Under the pieces are notes generated by a model. That model was not told the DNA's origin and did not search any database. It saw only the letters and a program-made list of their open reading frames with translations. Positions 1-12,601 of a stretch of DNA of 64,000 bases are shown here, in pieces; positions within the stretch are counted from its first letter, which is position 1; every line of letters starts with the position of its first letter. The DNA comes from Octopus sinensis (taxonomy: Eukaryota). The translations under genes and the position numbers were made by a program. Location of the stretch: the NCBI RefSeq assembly GCF_006345805.1, contig NC_042999.1, positions 153,202,001 to 153,266,000 of the forward strand, in the 5' to 3' direction.

Positions 1-450
1 CTCAGGGACCAAACGGCTAAGAACTACTGATCTAACTCATTCCAGAATGGAAGCTGGATGTTAAACAAATGATGAGAGTCATGTTTTTTGTTGGCATGGA
101 TTTAATGGTTTAACAGGACTGTGGGTCTGAGGAGTGCATTGTGCTCCAATGTCTTCTTTACTATGGGTTTTCTGGCTGGGTGCTCCTGTGCCGAGTACTT
201 TACAAATGTGTACTGGGTTTTTTTTTTTTTTGTCTTTTTGTGGCACCATCACTAGTGAGGTTGCCATGCTGCATACAAGAAGAGCCCTAAGGTCTCCTTT
301 GGCTGAATGGGTCTGCAGTCGAGAGGAAGGTGATGATGATTACAGAGTAACACTTTATCGTTTCTTTGTCTTTTTCTAATTTAATAAATGTTAACCTAAA
401 TAAAGGTCTTCTTAACAAAATGACTCAATATTTTTCTTATTGTTTTTTAG

Positions 451-558
451 GTACTAATTTTGCTGTGATGGGGAACTATCTGGAGCCCAGTGGAGGGCCT
501 CCAGATTCTTTAAAATCTTCAATATCTGATCAGTTCTGGGGAACATCCCATTCAGATG
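451..558 (+). CDS. TNRC18: Exon 1 in window (phase 1-1), TNFAVMGNYLEPSGG...DQFWGTSHSD
   Basis: tgttttttag acceptor, G|GTAAGT donor, open frame; end phase matches the next exon. Confidence 0.75.
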
Positions 559-1337
559 GTAAGTATAATGATTAATCCTTTAGTTAATATTGCTCTCAAA
601 GCAGCAAGCTGGCAGAAACGTTAGTATGCTGGGCAAAAATGCTAAGTGGTATTTCACCTGTCTTCACGTTCTGAGTTCAAATTCTGCCAAGGTCGACTTT
701 GCCTTTCATCCTAAGTACCACTTGTGTACTGGGGTCAATCTAATCGGTTGCCCCCCCCCCTCTCTCCCAAAATTTTGGGTTTTGTGCCTAGAGTAGAAAA
801 TAATATTAGTTTCAAATTTTACTACAAGAACAGCTTGAAAGAGGTGGAGATGAGTCAATTATATCAAACCCCCACCCAACCCCACCAGTTTTCAACTGAT
901 ACTTTGCCTTACATCCTTTCAGGGTTGATAAATGAAGTCAACCTCGGCAGAACTTGAACCCAGAAAGTAGTGACATGCAAAGTATCGCTAAGCATTTCAT
1001 TTGGCAAGCTAACAATTCTGCCAGTTTGCCACTTTCGTCTTTCTTTTAGTTAATATTGGAACAAACACACGCACGTCATAATTGTTGCCTGTTTTTAATT
1101 TGCAGCCTATGCCCGCTATGTACTAAACAACAATGTTTACCAACCGTATGTGCCATGCATGTTTGGAGCAGAATCGTTATTATACTCACAAGCTCCAGTC
1201 CATGCTTCTTCTCACAGAATGTATGATCTACATAAAGGTTTGTCGCTATTTTTTTTCTTATTATCACCTGAACTTTATTCCTTTACCTTTGTATTATGTG
1301 TTTGGTGAATAGGCAAAGTGGTTGGGTTCCTATCGAG

Positions 1338-1690
1338 TGTTGGGCCTCACAGAAGCAATAATCAAGACCTTTGGCATTATGTCATACTTGAAGGCCCATC
1401 AAGCCAAGCAAAATTGCAGTTGTAGCAGATATCAGTGTCATGCAAATTGGCACTCATGCCAGTGGCACATAAGTGCACCCCAGTGTCACACAAATGGTAC
1501 CTGTACTGGTGGCATGTAAAAAACACTCTTTACACTCTCGGAGTGGTTGGCATTAGGAAGGGCATCCAGTGATAGAAAACCATGCCAAGTCAGATTGGAG
1601 TCTGGTGCACCCTTCCAGTGTATCAACCCAATCAAAACGTCCAACCCATGCCAGCATGGACAATGGACATTAAATGATGATGATGATGAT
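1338..1690 (+). mobile_element. Truncated 3' copy of the same RTE-like LINE family
   Basis: Remnant of ORF end (ttgggcctcacagaagca) through GGAAGGGCATCCAG...CCAACCCATGCCAGCATGGA...(ATG)n. Confidence 0.8.
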
Positions 1691-1920
1691 AGTTAAAAAT
1701 CATGGATTCTCTTGTACACAGCAAACAAGGGTTCTGCAATTTCACACTGTTCAACCTGCTCATTTGATTTATTTAGAATGATCAAATGTTTGTGCCACAC
1801 ATTAGCTCACCCCCTCATATGATGGTGCTGAGAAGATTAATTTCGTTTATATGCTACTTCTTCTTAAATTCATGTGTCCCTATCTCATTTCTTTTTTGTT
1901 TTTCTCTTTTTTAACAACAG

Positions 1921-2748
1921 AAGCATTTTTCAATGGAGTTGGCTCGACTAATGCCACAACAGGTTTGTACATACCATCTCTTGGTCACCAGCAACCACAA
2001 CAGTCTCAACAGCAGCAGAAACAGCAGCAACAGCAGCAGGGACAAGCCCCTGGCCGTCAGACTTCAGTCCAGATGTTGTTAACACAGCAATCTACCGGTA
2101 CTAGTTTAAAACCAGAAAAATTTGACTCTGGTGCCAACAGTGATAGGTCTAAGCACTCAGAGATTTCTACTTCCAAACGCACTACGCCACCTGATTGGTG
2201 TAGCAGACCCAGCAAGGGATCATCGTATTCGACTTCGCATGTTGACAACAACAGCAAGTGCATGTCTGTGAGCAAGGAGTCCCGTTCCGCTAAGAAGTTG
2301 GAACGAGACTGCAAAGCTGATGTACAACGTGACATTGTCAACATGCAGAAGGAAGAACACGACACGACCGAAAGTCATGTCCGGACAAACCGTGTGATAG
2401 GAAAATGTGAAATGGCTGCAGATCACCATACTTTGGAAAACGGACCCAAAAACTGGCCATCCCACCGCTGTGTCTCCTCTTCAAAGTCCCAAGGCACTGA
2501 CAAGGATAGTTGGTCATCGAGTGAGTCTGCACGACAAATGAGTCACGTTAAAAGCCAAAGTGTGATGAAAACAACATCGAGCAGCAAAATATGTCCCCCT
2601 GTGATAGTCCAACATGTACCCACAATGACAACCATGACCATGTCACCCTGTGGGTATCACACAGTTTCAAGTGCAGCTATGTACACCAAAGGAACTGTGT
2701 CGAATGTCTTTACAACAAGCCGACCGATTTCTTCTAGTTATATTTCTG
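1921..2748 (+). CDS. TNRC18: Exon 2 (phase 1-1), Q/S/K-rich low complexity
   Basis: Polypyrimidine tract plus aacaacag acceptor, CTG|GTAAGT donor, inside ORF 1851-2798. Confidence 0.88.
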
Positions 2749-2984
2749 GTAAGTGTTTAAATATTCTTCTTTCATATTGGTTCCTAATTTTGGCATGACG
2801 CCAGCAATTTCGATGGAAGCATCAACCCCAGTGCTCAACTGGTACTTACTTTATTGACCCCAAAAAGATAAGGGGCAAAACTGACCTCAGCAGCATTTGA
2901 ACTCAGATCAAAGACAGACAAAATACTGCTAAGAACTCTTCCAGCTCACTGTCTTTTATTCTTCATTTATATGAATATCAGTTT

Positions 2985-3235
2985 CGTGCAGGTGGCACAT
3001 AAAAAACACCATTTGAGTGTGGCCATTGCCAGTACCGTCTGACTGGCTCTCGTGCCGGTGGCACGTAAAAGCACCCACTACATTCTAGGAGTGGTTTGCG
3101 TTAGGAATGGCATCCAGCTGTAGAAACTCTGCCAGATCAAGATTGGAGCCTGGTGCAGCCACCTGGTTCGCCAGTCTTCAGTCAAATTGTCCAACCCATG
3201 CTAGCATGGAAATCGTACAGTAAACGATGATGATG
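2985..3235 (+). mobile_element. RTE-like LINE 3' tail copy
   Basis: GTGCCGGTGGCACGTAAAAGCACCCACTACA...CCAACCCATGCTAGCATGGA...ATGATG. Confidence 0.8.
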
Positions 3236-3322
3236 TGCAATATAAATCCTTTCACAAGCCATGTTTTGGCTTGATTTCACTTACAATAGTAATAATTACT
3301 TGAAACAAACCTCCTTCTACAT

Positions 3323-3630
3323 CAGGAGTTCTCAACCATTTATTATCTACGGACCCCTTTGGTTACTGTTTTATTCTGCAGACCATTTAATGTTTAAAAT
3401 CTAATTTTATAGTTGCGTCTTTCAAAATTACTATTTTTTTTTTCACACATTAACTTACATAGGTTAAAATATGTGAAACAGAGAAAGAAATCTGGGTGTT
3501 TCTTACAATAAAAATATCTAAAGCAAAAGTTTTTCCTGGATCCTTAATTTAATACTGTGGGTCCCCGTTTTACTATTTTGGTTGCATGGAGCCCAAAAAA
3601 TCTTATATGGACCCAGGTATAGAACCATAG
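3323..3630. mobile_element. Decayed hAT-like MITE
   Basis: Ends CAGGAGTTCTCAACC and GGTATAGAACCATAG; no clear TSD. Confidence 0.4.
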
Positions 3631-3849
3631 CTTTTTATTTTTTGTTGTGTCTGGGGAGAGTCATTCTCTTTTAGTGCCTTATTATTTAACACACTCACTG
3701 GTAAAATTTCCACTTATTTCTTATTTTTATTTTCTAAAATTTTCGTTGCATCTTGCAACCTTTTATTTTTTGTTTTATTAAAACTGCTTTTCATTTTCGA
3801 TTTTATTAAATTTATTTTCGTTATTAAATTTATTTTCATTATTTTTCAG

Positions 3850-4421
3850 AAAACGAAAACAAAATTTCAAGTGCTTCTTCAACACAACCACTAACATATT
3901 CCTGTGTAAATACCAATATTTCTAAGACAATGTCAGAGGGGAGGAAAGTGTCAGCCGCCATCTACACTCCAGAAAAGGCTACGGCCTCTCCGCCCCAATC
4001 ACTCGCCTACATCCGAGGCGGAAGAGCCAAAGTCAGTTGTGAACTTAGAGTAAAGTCTGAAAAGGATTCCTTACCATCCTGCAAGGATCATAATTTTAGC
4101 GTTGACTCTTGCATGCATGCTGTGAAGGTAGAAAAGCAAATGGTACCGTGTTTGACTTCCGGATCCTTAAAGACGAAATCTGAACGCGCTGGCAAGAAAG
4201 TGCAGAAAGTCACTGGTCGACAATCACCAACGCATCGGCAGCATCAAGAACAGCAGCAATCGATGCAGCAGCAGCAGCAGCAGCAGCAACAGCAACAATC
4301 ATCACAGCATCATCAGCCATACCATCAGCATCATCATCATCAACAGCAGCAACACCACCACCACCAACCGTTGCTACAACCACAGCATCATCAACTGCAG
4401 CAGCAACAACATCAACATCAG

Positions 4422-4453
<32 letters not shown>

Positions 4454-4517
4454 TGAGCAACAGCATCACCACCACCATCATCATCACCATCATCACCACC
4501 AGCAGCAACAGCAGCTA

Positions 4518-4551
<34 letters not shown>

Positions 4552-4650
4552 AGCAACAACACAGTCAAATGTTTGAAAAAGCTGGGAGCAACGTCGTTGA
4601 TAAAAGGGTCAAACAAGAAGTCGTTGACCGGTTTTTAATAGGAAGTTGTG

Positions 4651-4682
<32 letters not shown>

Positions 4683-6564
4683 CATAATAATAATAACACA
4701 GACAGGTCTTACAGTGGCAAATCTGTGAATTGCAGCACTAACAGCAGTAGCCAGATTTTTACCAATAATAATTATATTAACAATAATAATAATAATAACA
4801 GTATCATTGGCAGTCATAGTAACAACAACCACAGCAGCAGCAGTAGTATTAATATCAACAATGGCAGCATCACCAGCAGCAGAATTAGCAACAACAGTTA
4901 CAGCAGAAATCTCAACACTTCGCAACAGGAACATGAAAAATTACCGAAAGATCTACCGAGCGATGCAATCACGACTGACATCAAGCAGTCCCAAGAAGTG
5001 AAAAAACTCGGCTCACCGACTGTATACATAAATATTGCAACCGATGGTCAGTCTCAGGTGAACAGTAGTAATTCCAGTGGCCTAGGTCGGCCACAGGCGG
5101 CTATTCTCGACCTGAGTCTGCCTCGGAAAGCATTAGACGGTAATGGTCAGAACAGAAATGCCAATGTAGATAATTGTGAAGCCGCAAAGAGAAACGAGGC
5201 CTCTTGTCTCTCGCATTCGACGCAGCGGATAGTGGCCACATCGTCTTATCCGGCGGTCATTTCATCAGTGAATCAAACGACAGTAGCTTCGTCATCATAT
5301 ACGATGTCGACGTCGTCGTCACCACCACCGCCACCTATGTCATCTTCGTCATCGTTTTTGTTATCCTCTTCCTCCTCCTCTTCTTGTACGGTCTCGACAT
5401 CATCGTTGTGCCCCGTGACTTCCTCAATATCATTCTCTACACCTTCGCAGAAGTCTTGTAGTGTTGTCAAGCAATCGTTGTCACCGATTCTGATACAAGA
5501 AGACCAGCATCAACCGCTGATATCTGGGCTGCCGTCTCCAAGTAGTAAAATAACTGCCAAAGCGACGCTCCAGTCGTCAGCATTACCGTCATCATCAGCA
5601 TCAATAACATCGTTACCTTCGTCATCAGAAGTGTCTGTACCTTCTTCCTTGTCCTCTTCATTGCCAATAATATCATCTTCAATGTCAACACATTCTCCCA
5701 CAAAGCTAACATCATCATCATCATCAGTGTCAGCGTCATCATTACATGTGACAGCAGCAGCATCATCGTTATCATCATCATTGTCATCGTCATCGTCATC
5801 TGCTGTAATGGCCAGATGTGAGAGCTACAAAGAAGAAATAGACGAGAACAAGTTATGTCTGTCGTCGACAGCTTCATGTGGACAGTTGGATGACCACCAG
5901 GGGAAGTCCTCTTCTGCTTCATCCTCTTCAGCATCAGTGACATCATCGACTCCATCGATGTCGATGTCATTACCGGCGTCATCGTCGGTTGTCGTGACAA
6001 CAGCCACGCCATTATCATCATCATCATCATTATCGTCGTCATCATCATCAACAACATTGTCTGTATCGTCATCGCCACCGTCATCATCTTTACTGTTACC
6101 AGAAAGAAAAACCGAACACAAGCGAGGTGTGTCATCACCTCGGGACAGCAAATGTTCCAGTCACAACAACAGCAACAACATAAATAACAACAACAGTAGC
6201 AGTCATAAAACGCCGACCACGACCACCACCAACGATAGCAACAACACTGTTTTGAGCAGCAGTAGTAGTAACATTACCAATGTCACCGACTCTGTGCATA
6301 TTTCTGAGAATACAAATTCTCCACCATTGGAGACCGTGGCAGCAAATGTAGCCAGCCATGATGGCTTGATGCCCAAAGTTTTCACAGTTGTCCAACACCC
6401 GAGCAATAACTCAACTCTTAGGAAAAGAAAGAGTACTTGTGATGTCGTTAAAGGAATGGTGAGGTCTGGTTCAGCACCACCGTCCTCACGTGATACAAGT
6501 CGTCCCTTTTCATCTATGGATGCCACAGTTACCAAATTGGAAGAAGACCATAATCTGTGCACAG
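3850..6564 (+). CDS. TNRC18: Exon 3 (2,715 nt, phase 1-1), polyQ/polyH/polyN/polyS disordered region
   Basis: atttttcag acceptor, CAG|GTAATA donor; frame open from 3850 through ORF 3930-6608. Confidence 0.9.
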
Positions 6565-6895
6565 GTAATAGCTCGCTCTTTTCTGTCTTTGTTTCGTCGT
6601 TGAATTAGTGTCCATTTTTTCATGCTTCCATGGGTTTGACCGAGTTTATTGAAGTCAGATTCCTTATAGCAAGATGCCCTCGCTGTTGCCAACTTTTGCT
6701 TGTTTCCAAGCAAGGTTATGATTTCTGCCCCCCCCCCCACCTTCCATGGCCCGACATGATCTCTCATCGGAATATTGGAAATGATTGACACTGCATGTAT
6801 GACAGTGGCACTCATTTACAGCAATCGTGCAATGGCAAGAAAATGTTACGAACATACACTCATGTGTGTGTGTATATGAATGAATGAAGGTTTGT

Positions 6896-7062
6896 AAATG
6901 CAATTTTAAAGATGTTTATTCACTTGACCGGTTTCACTTTTTCGTGACAACCAGTACTTAACACAACAAAGCTTTTACAAAGCTTTACATTTTACTTTTG
7001 ACAATCTTTTTCTAAAAAAGTGAAACCGGTCAAGTGAATAAAACATCATTAAAATTGCATTT
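6896..7062. repeat. Inverted repeat, 47-48 bp arms (6896-6942, 7015-7062)
   Basis: One mismatch and one indel between arms. Confidence 0.9.
6991..7038 (+). ncRNA. Hammerhead-like motif, type I minimal, U3-A8 core variant
   Basis: Stem I TTTACTT/AAGTGAA, core TTGACAA, stem II CTTTTT/AAAAAG, GAAA, palindromic ACCGGT, GUC triplet; 10.1-11.1 is a U-U mismatch. Confidence 0.4.
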
Positions 7063-7561
7063 TCAAACCTTCTTTCATATATATTTCCACTCGTGCGGTA
7101 CCTTACAACTTCACTTTATATACGAGTATAGACCTTGTAGAATGCAATGCAAAGCTTGTCCAGTTATTGGCTATCTGCTGTTACCATACAGTGGAAATGC
7201 TCTCGCTACTGACTATGGACCAGAAATTCCAGTGTATTTGAATAGATAAATGATAGAAATTGTAATGAACATTCTTTATTTTATATCACTAGAATTGTTT
7301 TGATACATTTTTACACCTGTAGTATATTGGTGAGATGCTATTTAATTACAATCATCCACCTAACATGTAAAATGTACCTCAGCAGGTGATTGTTTAAATA
7401 AATCCCATGTTTTGAGTGTGATATTATGAGGTACAATAATCTCATAGTGATTATCTTTTGTTTATCTTTGCTACATGTACCACATGTATATGTGTGTGTC
7501 TATTATATTGTAGGAGCCATTGACATAAAAGTACCTCACAATTTTCTTGTATTTTCTGCAG

Positions 7562-7627
7562 GTATTACCATTCCAGTTGGAATTGCCATAGCCACTCAAA
7601 GACAGGAATTATCTCGCAGTAGTCAAG
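7562..7627 (+). CDS. TNRC18: Exon 4 (phase 1-1), GITIPVGIAIATQRQELSRSSQ
   Basis: ttttctgcag acceptor, AAG|GTATAC donor; PVGIAxAxQR motif typical of this family. Confidence 0.88.
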
Positions 7628-7968
7628 GTATACAATTTTTCTACTCATTAATTAAATTTCTGTTTTTCCTGATAATAGTAACCATATGGTTACTGTTATC
7701 AAGTCTCTCTGATTTCCATTCACATAAAACCCCCGAAATTTACTCTTTTAATCAGTTTTATTGTCTGTTGTTCTTCAAACATGCAAATACCAGGAAATAA
7801 GATCAAGTCTTCAGGTCACATTAGCCGTTCGTTACCATATTTCTGTTGAAATATGTTATTTATGTTTCAAGTAATTTTGAAAATAATAAAGAATTTATCA
7901 AAATAACTTTGTTGTAATTCATCCAGTGTTTGGAACATAAATTAATCATATCACGCCATGTTCCCGAT

Positions 7969-8274
7969 CATCACCATCATTAAACGTCCGCTTTCCATGC
8001 TAGCATGGGTTGGACGGTTCAACTGGGGTCTGTGAAGCCAGAAGGCTGCATCAGGCCCAGTCTGATCTGGCAGTGTTTCTACGGCTGGATGCCCTTCCTA
8101 ACGCCAACCACTCCATGAGTGTAGTGGGTGCTTTTTACGTGCCACCCGCACAGGTGCCAGACAGAACTGGCAGACGGCCACGGATGGATGGTGCTTTTAC
8201 GTACCACCGGCACAGGGGCCAGGCGAGGCTGGCAACGGCCACGAACGGATGGTGCTTTTACGTGCCACCGGCAC
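7969..8274 (-). mobile_element. RTE-like LINE 3' tail copy (close to 26961-27250)
   Basis: ORF-track translation 8010-8321 nearly matches 27011-27409. Confidence 0.85.
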
Positions 8275-8660
8275 GTCCCATTAAAGTGGTAATGAACAAC
8301 ACACACACACAAAGAAGATAAACTACTCCAAATCAACAACTGATCCCCATTACAGCTTTGCAGTCAGCTGTGTTTATGACTCATTGTTAATGATGTCCCC
8401 TCCCCTATAGTTGTTGCTTACTTTTGCTTTTAATTTAAAAAAAAAAAAAATTTTTTTATATGTGATGAACCCAGCACTTCATCTGGTAAACGAGTACCGT
8501 AAACCCTCGAGTATAGTCCGCCCTTGAATATAATATGCAGTGGATGTTTAGGAGGCTGTACCTCTGAAAAACCTAAACCTTGTGTATAAGTCAAGGCGAT
8601 CTGCACACATACATACATACATACACAATTTTGAAACTGATGTTTTTTGGTGTTCGGCAG

Positions 8661-8760
8661 ATAAACTTCAATCACAGGAACCAACTGCAGATGATGGAAT
8701 CTACAATCGGTCTTCTGAACATGAAATCAAATCTGAAGTTACGGAAAGAGACTTGTTGAG
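8661..8760 (+). CDS. TNRC18: Exon 5 (phase 1-2), DKLQSQEPTADD...ERDLLR
   Basis: gttcggcag acceptor, GAG|GTAAAG donor; phases fit neighbours. Confidence 0.82.
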
Positions 8761-8827
8761 GTAAAGTAAATTGTTTTCTTGCTAAAAAAAAAATACAACG
8801 ATGATTGTAAATGTAAAAGGCCTAGAC

Positions 8828-9051
8828 CAGGGGTGGGCGAACTTTTTTGATCGCGGGCCGCACAGTGCGTCTTGGAACCTTGGCGGGCCTCATTTATAAA
8901 AATCAAGTGAAAATATTTTTAAAGGCGGTTATAGACCTATAAACACACAATTGATTGAAAGGAAATTTTGTGAAATATTCCTCTCGGCGGGCCGCATGAA
9001 AACCTATGGCGGGCCGCATGCAGCCCGCGGGCCGTAGATTGCCCACCCCTG
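8828..9051. mobile_element. hAT-like MITE with perfect 8-bp TSD
   Basis: TIR CAGGGGTGGGC/GCCCACCCCTG; TSD GCCTAGAC at 8820-27 and 9052-59. Confidence 0.92.
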
Positions 9052-9414
9052 GCCTAGACCATCATTTTTCTTAATTTATTGATCTTATGAAAAATCTGTT
9101 AAAATGGTGTTTTAAGATGCTTTAAGTGGAATTGTCAAATGAGAGTTAAATGTTCTCCTAGATTGGGTACAGAATGTGTACTGTTAATTTTACAAGATAA
9201 TCTTGTACTTATTCCTGGCAGTTTGATGAATTGAAATATTGTGTGGAAACTGAAGTCCACAGCTGAAGTATGCAATGTTGAAGAAGGATGAAGAATTTTC
9301 TTTGCCAACTCGTGGTGGTGGTGGTGGTGGTGGGTGTACCTGTGTATGTTTTGTTTTGTTCTGTTTTTTGCTATTTCAAGTATTAATTTTTTACCTCGTT
9401 TATATCTTTCGTAG

Positions 9415-9515
9415 GCAACAAAAAGGATCAGTGAGTGCCGCAGCAATAAAACCAAATAGTACAAATGGAGTTCAAGACATCAGGACAGACTTAGGTTCCA
9501 ACCTTATATTTACAG
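9415..9515 (+). CDS. TNRC18: Exon 6 (phase 2-1), QQKGSVSAAAIKP...NLIFT
   Basis: ctttcgtag acceptor, CAG|GTAATA donor; phases fit. Confidence 0.82.
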
Positions 9516-9605
9516 GTAATATTATATTATTATCAGTGTATAGGTACAGGTGTGGCTGTGTGGTAAGAAGTTTGCTTCCCAGTTTAACATAATAGTCACA
9601 ATACG

Positions 9606-9640
<35 letters not shown>

Positions 9641-10035
9641 CCTCAATTTCATTTAGCATCTGTTTTCCATGCTGGCATGGGTTAGACAGTTTCACTGGAA
9701 TTGGTAGCCAGAGATCTGTACCAGGTTCTAGTCTGATTTTGGATTGGTTTCGACTGCTGGATGCCCTTCCTAACATCAACCATTCCAAGAGTGTAGCAGG
9801 TGCCATTTACATGTCACTGGCACTGTCTACGATTATGAGTCCAGTTGGCCTGACAAGTCTTCTCAAGCACAGCAAATCTCCAAAAGTCTCAATCACTTGT
9901 CATCGCATTTGATAAGTGCTACTGCCATGTTCCTCTCAATATCTTTGATGCTGTCTGTTATTATTATTATTTCATCCCCATGCTAGCATGGAACATGGAC
10001 TGATTAGACCATTGGTAAAAATCATCATTATCATC

Positions 10036-10498
10036 ATCGAATGTTGGGCCTCACTGAGGCGATGACAAGTGATCAAGACCTTTGGAGATAAGCTGTGCTT
10101 GAGAAGACCCGGCAAGCCAAGTGAGACTGTAACCATGGCCTGTGCCAGTGCAGCATAACTGGCCCATTTAAGAGTACCCTTCAATCATTGGGCAATAAAC
10201 TGCGCTTGCAAAGACCTGTTGAGGCAAATGAAGTCATTGTTGTGGTTGATGACAGTACCACCTGATTGGCACCCATGCCGGTGGCAAGCTCGATGCCGGT
10301 GGCAAGCTCGATGCCGGTGCCAGTGGCACATAAAAAGCACACACAATACTCTCAGTGGTTGGCATTATGAAGGGCATCCAGCTGTAGAAACTTTGCCAGA
10401 TCAGATTGGAGGCTGGTGCAGCCTACTGGCTTCCCAGACCTCAGTCAAACCATCCAACCCATGCCAGCGTGGAAAGTGGACATTAAAGCAATGATGAT
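10036..10498 (+). mobile_element. Truncated RTE-like LINE copy including the ORF C-terminal codons
   Basis: ttgggcctcactgaggcgatgacaagtgatcaagacctttgg reads LGLTEAMTSDQDLW, matching LGLTEEMTRDRDLW of the 27 kb LINE, then 3' UTR and tail. Confidence 0.8.
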
Positions 10499-10573
10499 CA
10501 TCTTCATCATTGACATAATTATTATTATCATTATTTATGATTATAGTTTGGTTATTTATTTCTATATTTTCAG

Positions 10574-10798
10574 GAAGTGGAACCAATCCATGGCCCGATG
10601 AGAATGCCCTTCGTCACTACGCTGGTCAATGGCTTCAAACTGGTCATCCAGCTCTATGGTTAGGACAAGCACCATTTGGATTCCCTCAGAGTCTACCAAC
10701 TTCAGTGGCACTGGATCCAAACAATTTACCCCTGTCACCACCGGCTGGTTTCAAGCTGGCACATGATTCTTTGAGTGGGCACTTTTTCCTGCTACCAA
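10574..10798 (+). CDS. TNRC18: Exon 7 (phase 1-1), WLQTGHPALWLG...PPAGFKLAHDSLSGHFFLLP
   Basis: attttcag acceptor, CAA|GTATGT donor, open frame with non-repetitive sequence. Confidence 0.88.
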
Positions 10799-10874
10799 GT
10801 ATGTACCATCTCGTTTCTTTTATTTCTTACTTGTTATTTTGTTTCTCTCTCACTCTCTGTCTCACAACAGTCTA

Positions 10875-11520
10875 GTCTTCTTTTTTGTCTTAAGACAGCA
10901 TTCACCCAGGGTGGACTGAGCTGGCTTCATTCATCCTCAATGCTGCATCTCTCACAAATGCCAACCAGACCTGGCGATTTGAGGCTAATGAGTGCGTGAT
11001 CTCCAACCACTCCTTATTCCAGCGGTGATCGCCTAGGTTGGGTTCCAGATCAGCCTTGACTGTCATCAGCCAGGATTTTCATTGTCCATCACATCGCTTT
11101 CGCCAGTCCTGAAGGGGAGCTGGGGCAACTGCTTCATAGATGAATTCTCCTGGTTGACGACGGTGGGCATGACCCAGTCAACGCAGACATCTCGTTACGA
11201 TGACTTGTCAGATGGGGGGTCATTTTGCACTGGTGTTGCACCGAATTGTTGGAGACAAAGTGATGCTATCGGACACGAAGGATGCGGCGTAGACAGATGT
11301 GATTGAAGGATTCTAGTCGCTTAATATCTTCTACCCTCATTGGCCATGACTTGCTGCCGTAAAGGAGAATCGTTTGCACTAGTGCTTGGTAGATCTGTAC
11401 TTTGGTGGTGCGTCAGATCTCAGATCTTGACCAGAGTCATGCATTGAGTCGGTTAAAGGCTTGCCAAGTGAGGTCAATTCGTGTTTTAATGTTAGCCTTA
11501 CCTTGACCTGTAGCTGTAAT
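10875..11520 (-). mobile_element. Decayed 3' end of a second non-LTR (RTE-like) family
   Basis: Minus strand reads RIDLTWQAFNRL...TKVQIYQALVQTILLYGSKSW...ESFNHICLRRILRV...LGHAHR...RWNKEWL...NRQVWLAFVRDA with several stops. Confidence 0.8.
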
Positions 11521-11546
11521 GATGGTGCCAAGGTATTTGAAACTCT

Positions 11547-11778
11547 AAGCCGGCGAGCTGGCAGAAACGTTAGCACGCCGGGCGAAATGCCTAGCAGTAT
11601 TTCGTCTGCCGCTGCGTTCTGAGTTCAAATTCCGCCGTGGTCGACTTTGCCTTTCATCTTTTCGGGGTCGATTAAATAAGTACCAGTTACGTACTGGGGT
11701 TGATATAATCGACTTAATCTGTTTGTCTGTCATTGTTTGTCCTCTCTGTGTTTAGCCCCGTGTGGGTAGTAAAGAAAT
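11547..11778 (+). mobile_element. tRNA-derived SINE, full length, 16-bp TSD
   Basis: A box-like TGGCAGAAACGTTAG, B box GAGTTCAAATTCC, central GTCGACTTTGCCTTTCATC...AAGTACCAG; TSD AGGTATTTGAAACTCT at 11531-46 and 11779-94. Confidence 0.9.
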
Positions 11779-11922
11779 AGGTATTTGAAACTCTCAACAG
11801 TCTAGTGGAATCAGCTTTGTACTTATTTTATGATGTAGAATTCTCAAAGATATAACACCTGTTATATGTAATCCTAACGCTAGGACCACCTAGATTCCTA
11901 CTATTAACTGTTTGTGTTGCAG

Positions 11923-12269
11923 ATATGGTTGATCCGAACCGTATGTGGCTAGCTGGAGCACCACAGCATGGACATGCCGCGGCAGCAGCTGCTGCAGCCG
12001 CAGCCTACCAGCACCTGATGGCAGCACCAGGCCAATCACCACAACAGGCAGCAGCAGCAGCGGCAGCAGCCCTTCAACAGCAGCAGCAACAACAAGTCAC
12101 AGCTCAAGGCCCCGACGGCCACGCTCCACAGGGATTAGATTTCTCACTTGCATTGCAACAATATCAACAATTTGAAGAGCAACAGAATGCAGCACTGCAA
12201 CAACAACAACAATCAGTGTTGCAACAACAACAGCAACACCAACAACAACAGCAGCAACAACAGCAGCAG
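11923..12269 (+). CDS. TNRC18: Exon 8 (phase 1-0), polyA/polyQ
   Basis: tgtgttgcag acceptor, CAG|GTATGG donor, ORF 11925-12281. Confidence 0.88.
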
Positions 12270-12601
12270 GTATGGGAATAAACCGCACCTTTACTTCCTA
12301 TTTCCAGTTTTCCTCTGCTTCCCTTTGAAATGTTTCTATCTACCTTATTTTCTGGTATAGGGATCAGTTTAGTGTAAACATTCAAACCACATCACTGTTT
12401 TTCTAAATTCTTCTGCATTTCACATGGAATCTTTGGAAACTCCAAATTTGCCTTGGTGTATAAATCAGCCTACATTCTTTTGTTGTAAATTTTGATCTGA
12501 AAAATTTGACTTGAATACCAGAAAAGTTGGTATTTCTTTCATTTACTTTTGTTCAGTTAATTCTGGAAATGATAAAGAATTTAAAAGAAGTTAATTCTTA
12601 A

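Noticed and set aside
1851-1920. ATGs at 1851 and 3930 as gene starts, and ORF-track termini generally
   Set aside because: 1851-1920 is a polypyrimidine intron end, the frame at 3930 is open back to the acceptor at 3850, and ORF tails run past strong donors into introns.
7100-7170. RPCRMQCKACPVI as a Penelope zinc-knuckle linker near the 7 kb hairpin
   Set aside because: Short match with atypical cysteine spacing and no adjacent RT or GIY-YIG sequence.
11547-11630. tRNA genes
   Set aside because: A/B boxes belong to SINE heads; no complete cloverleaf, and each continues into a SINE body.
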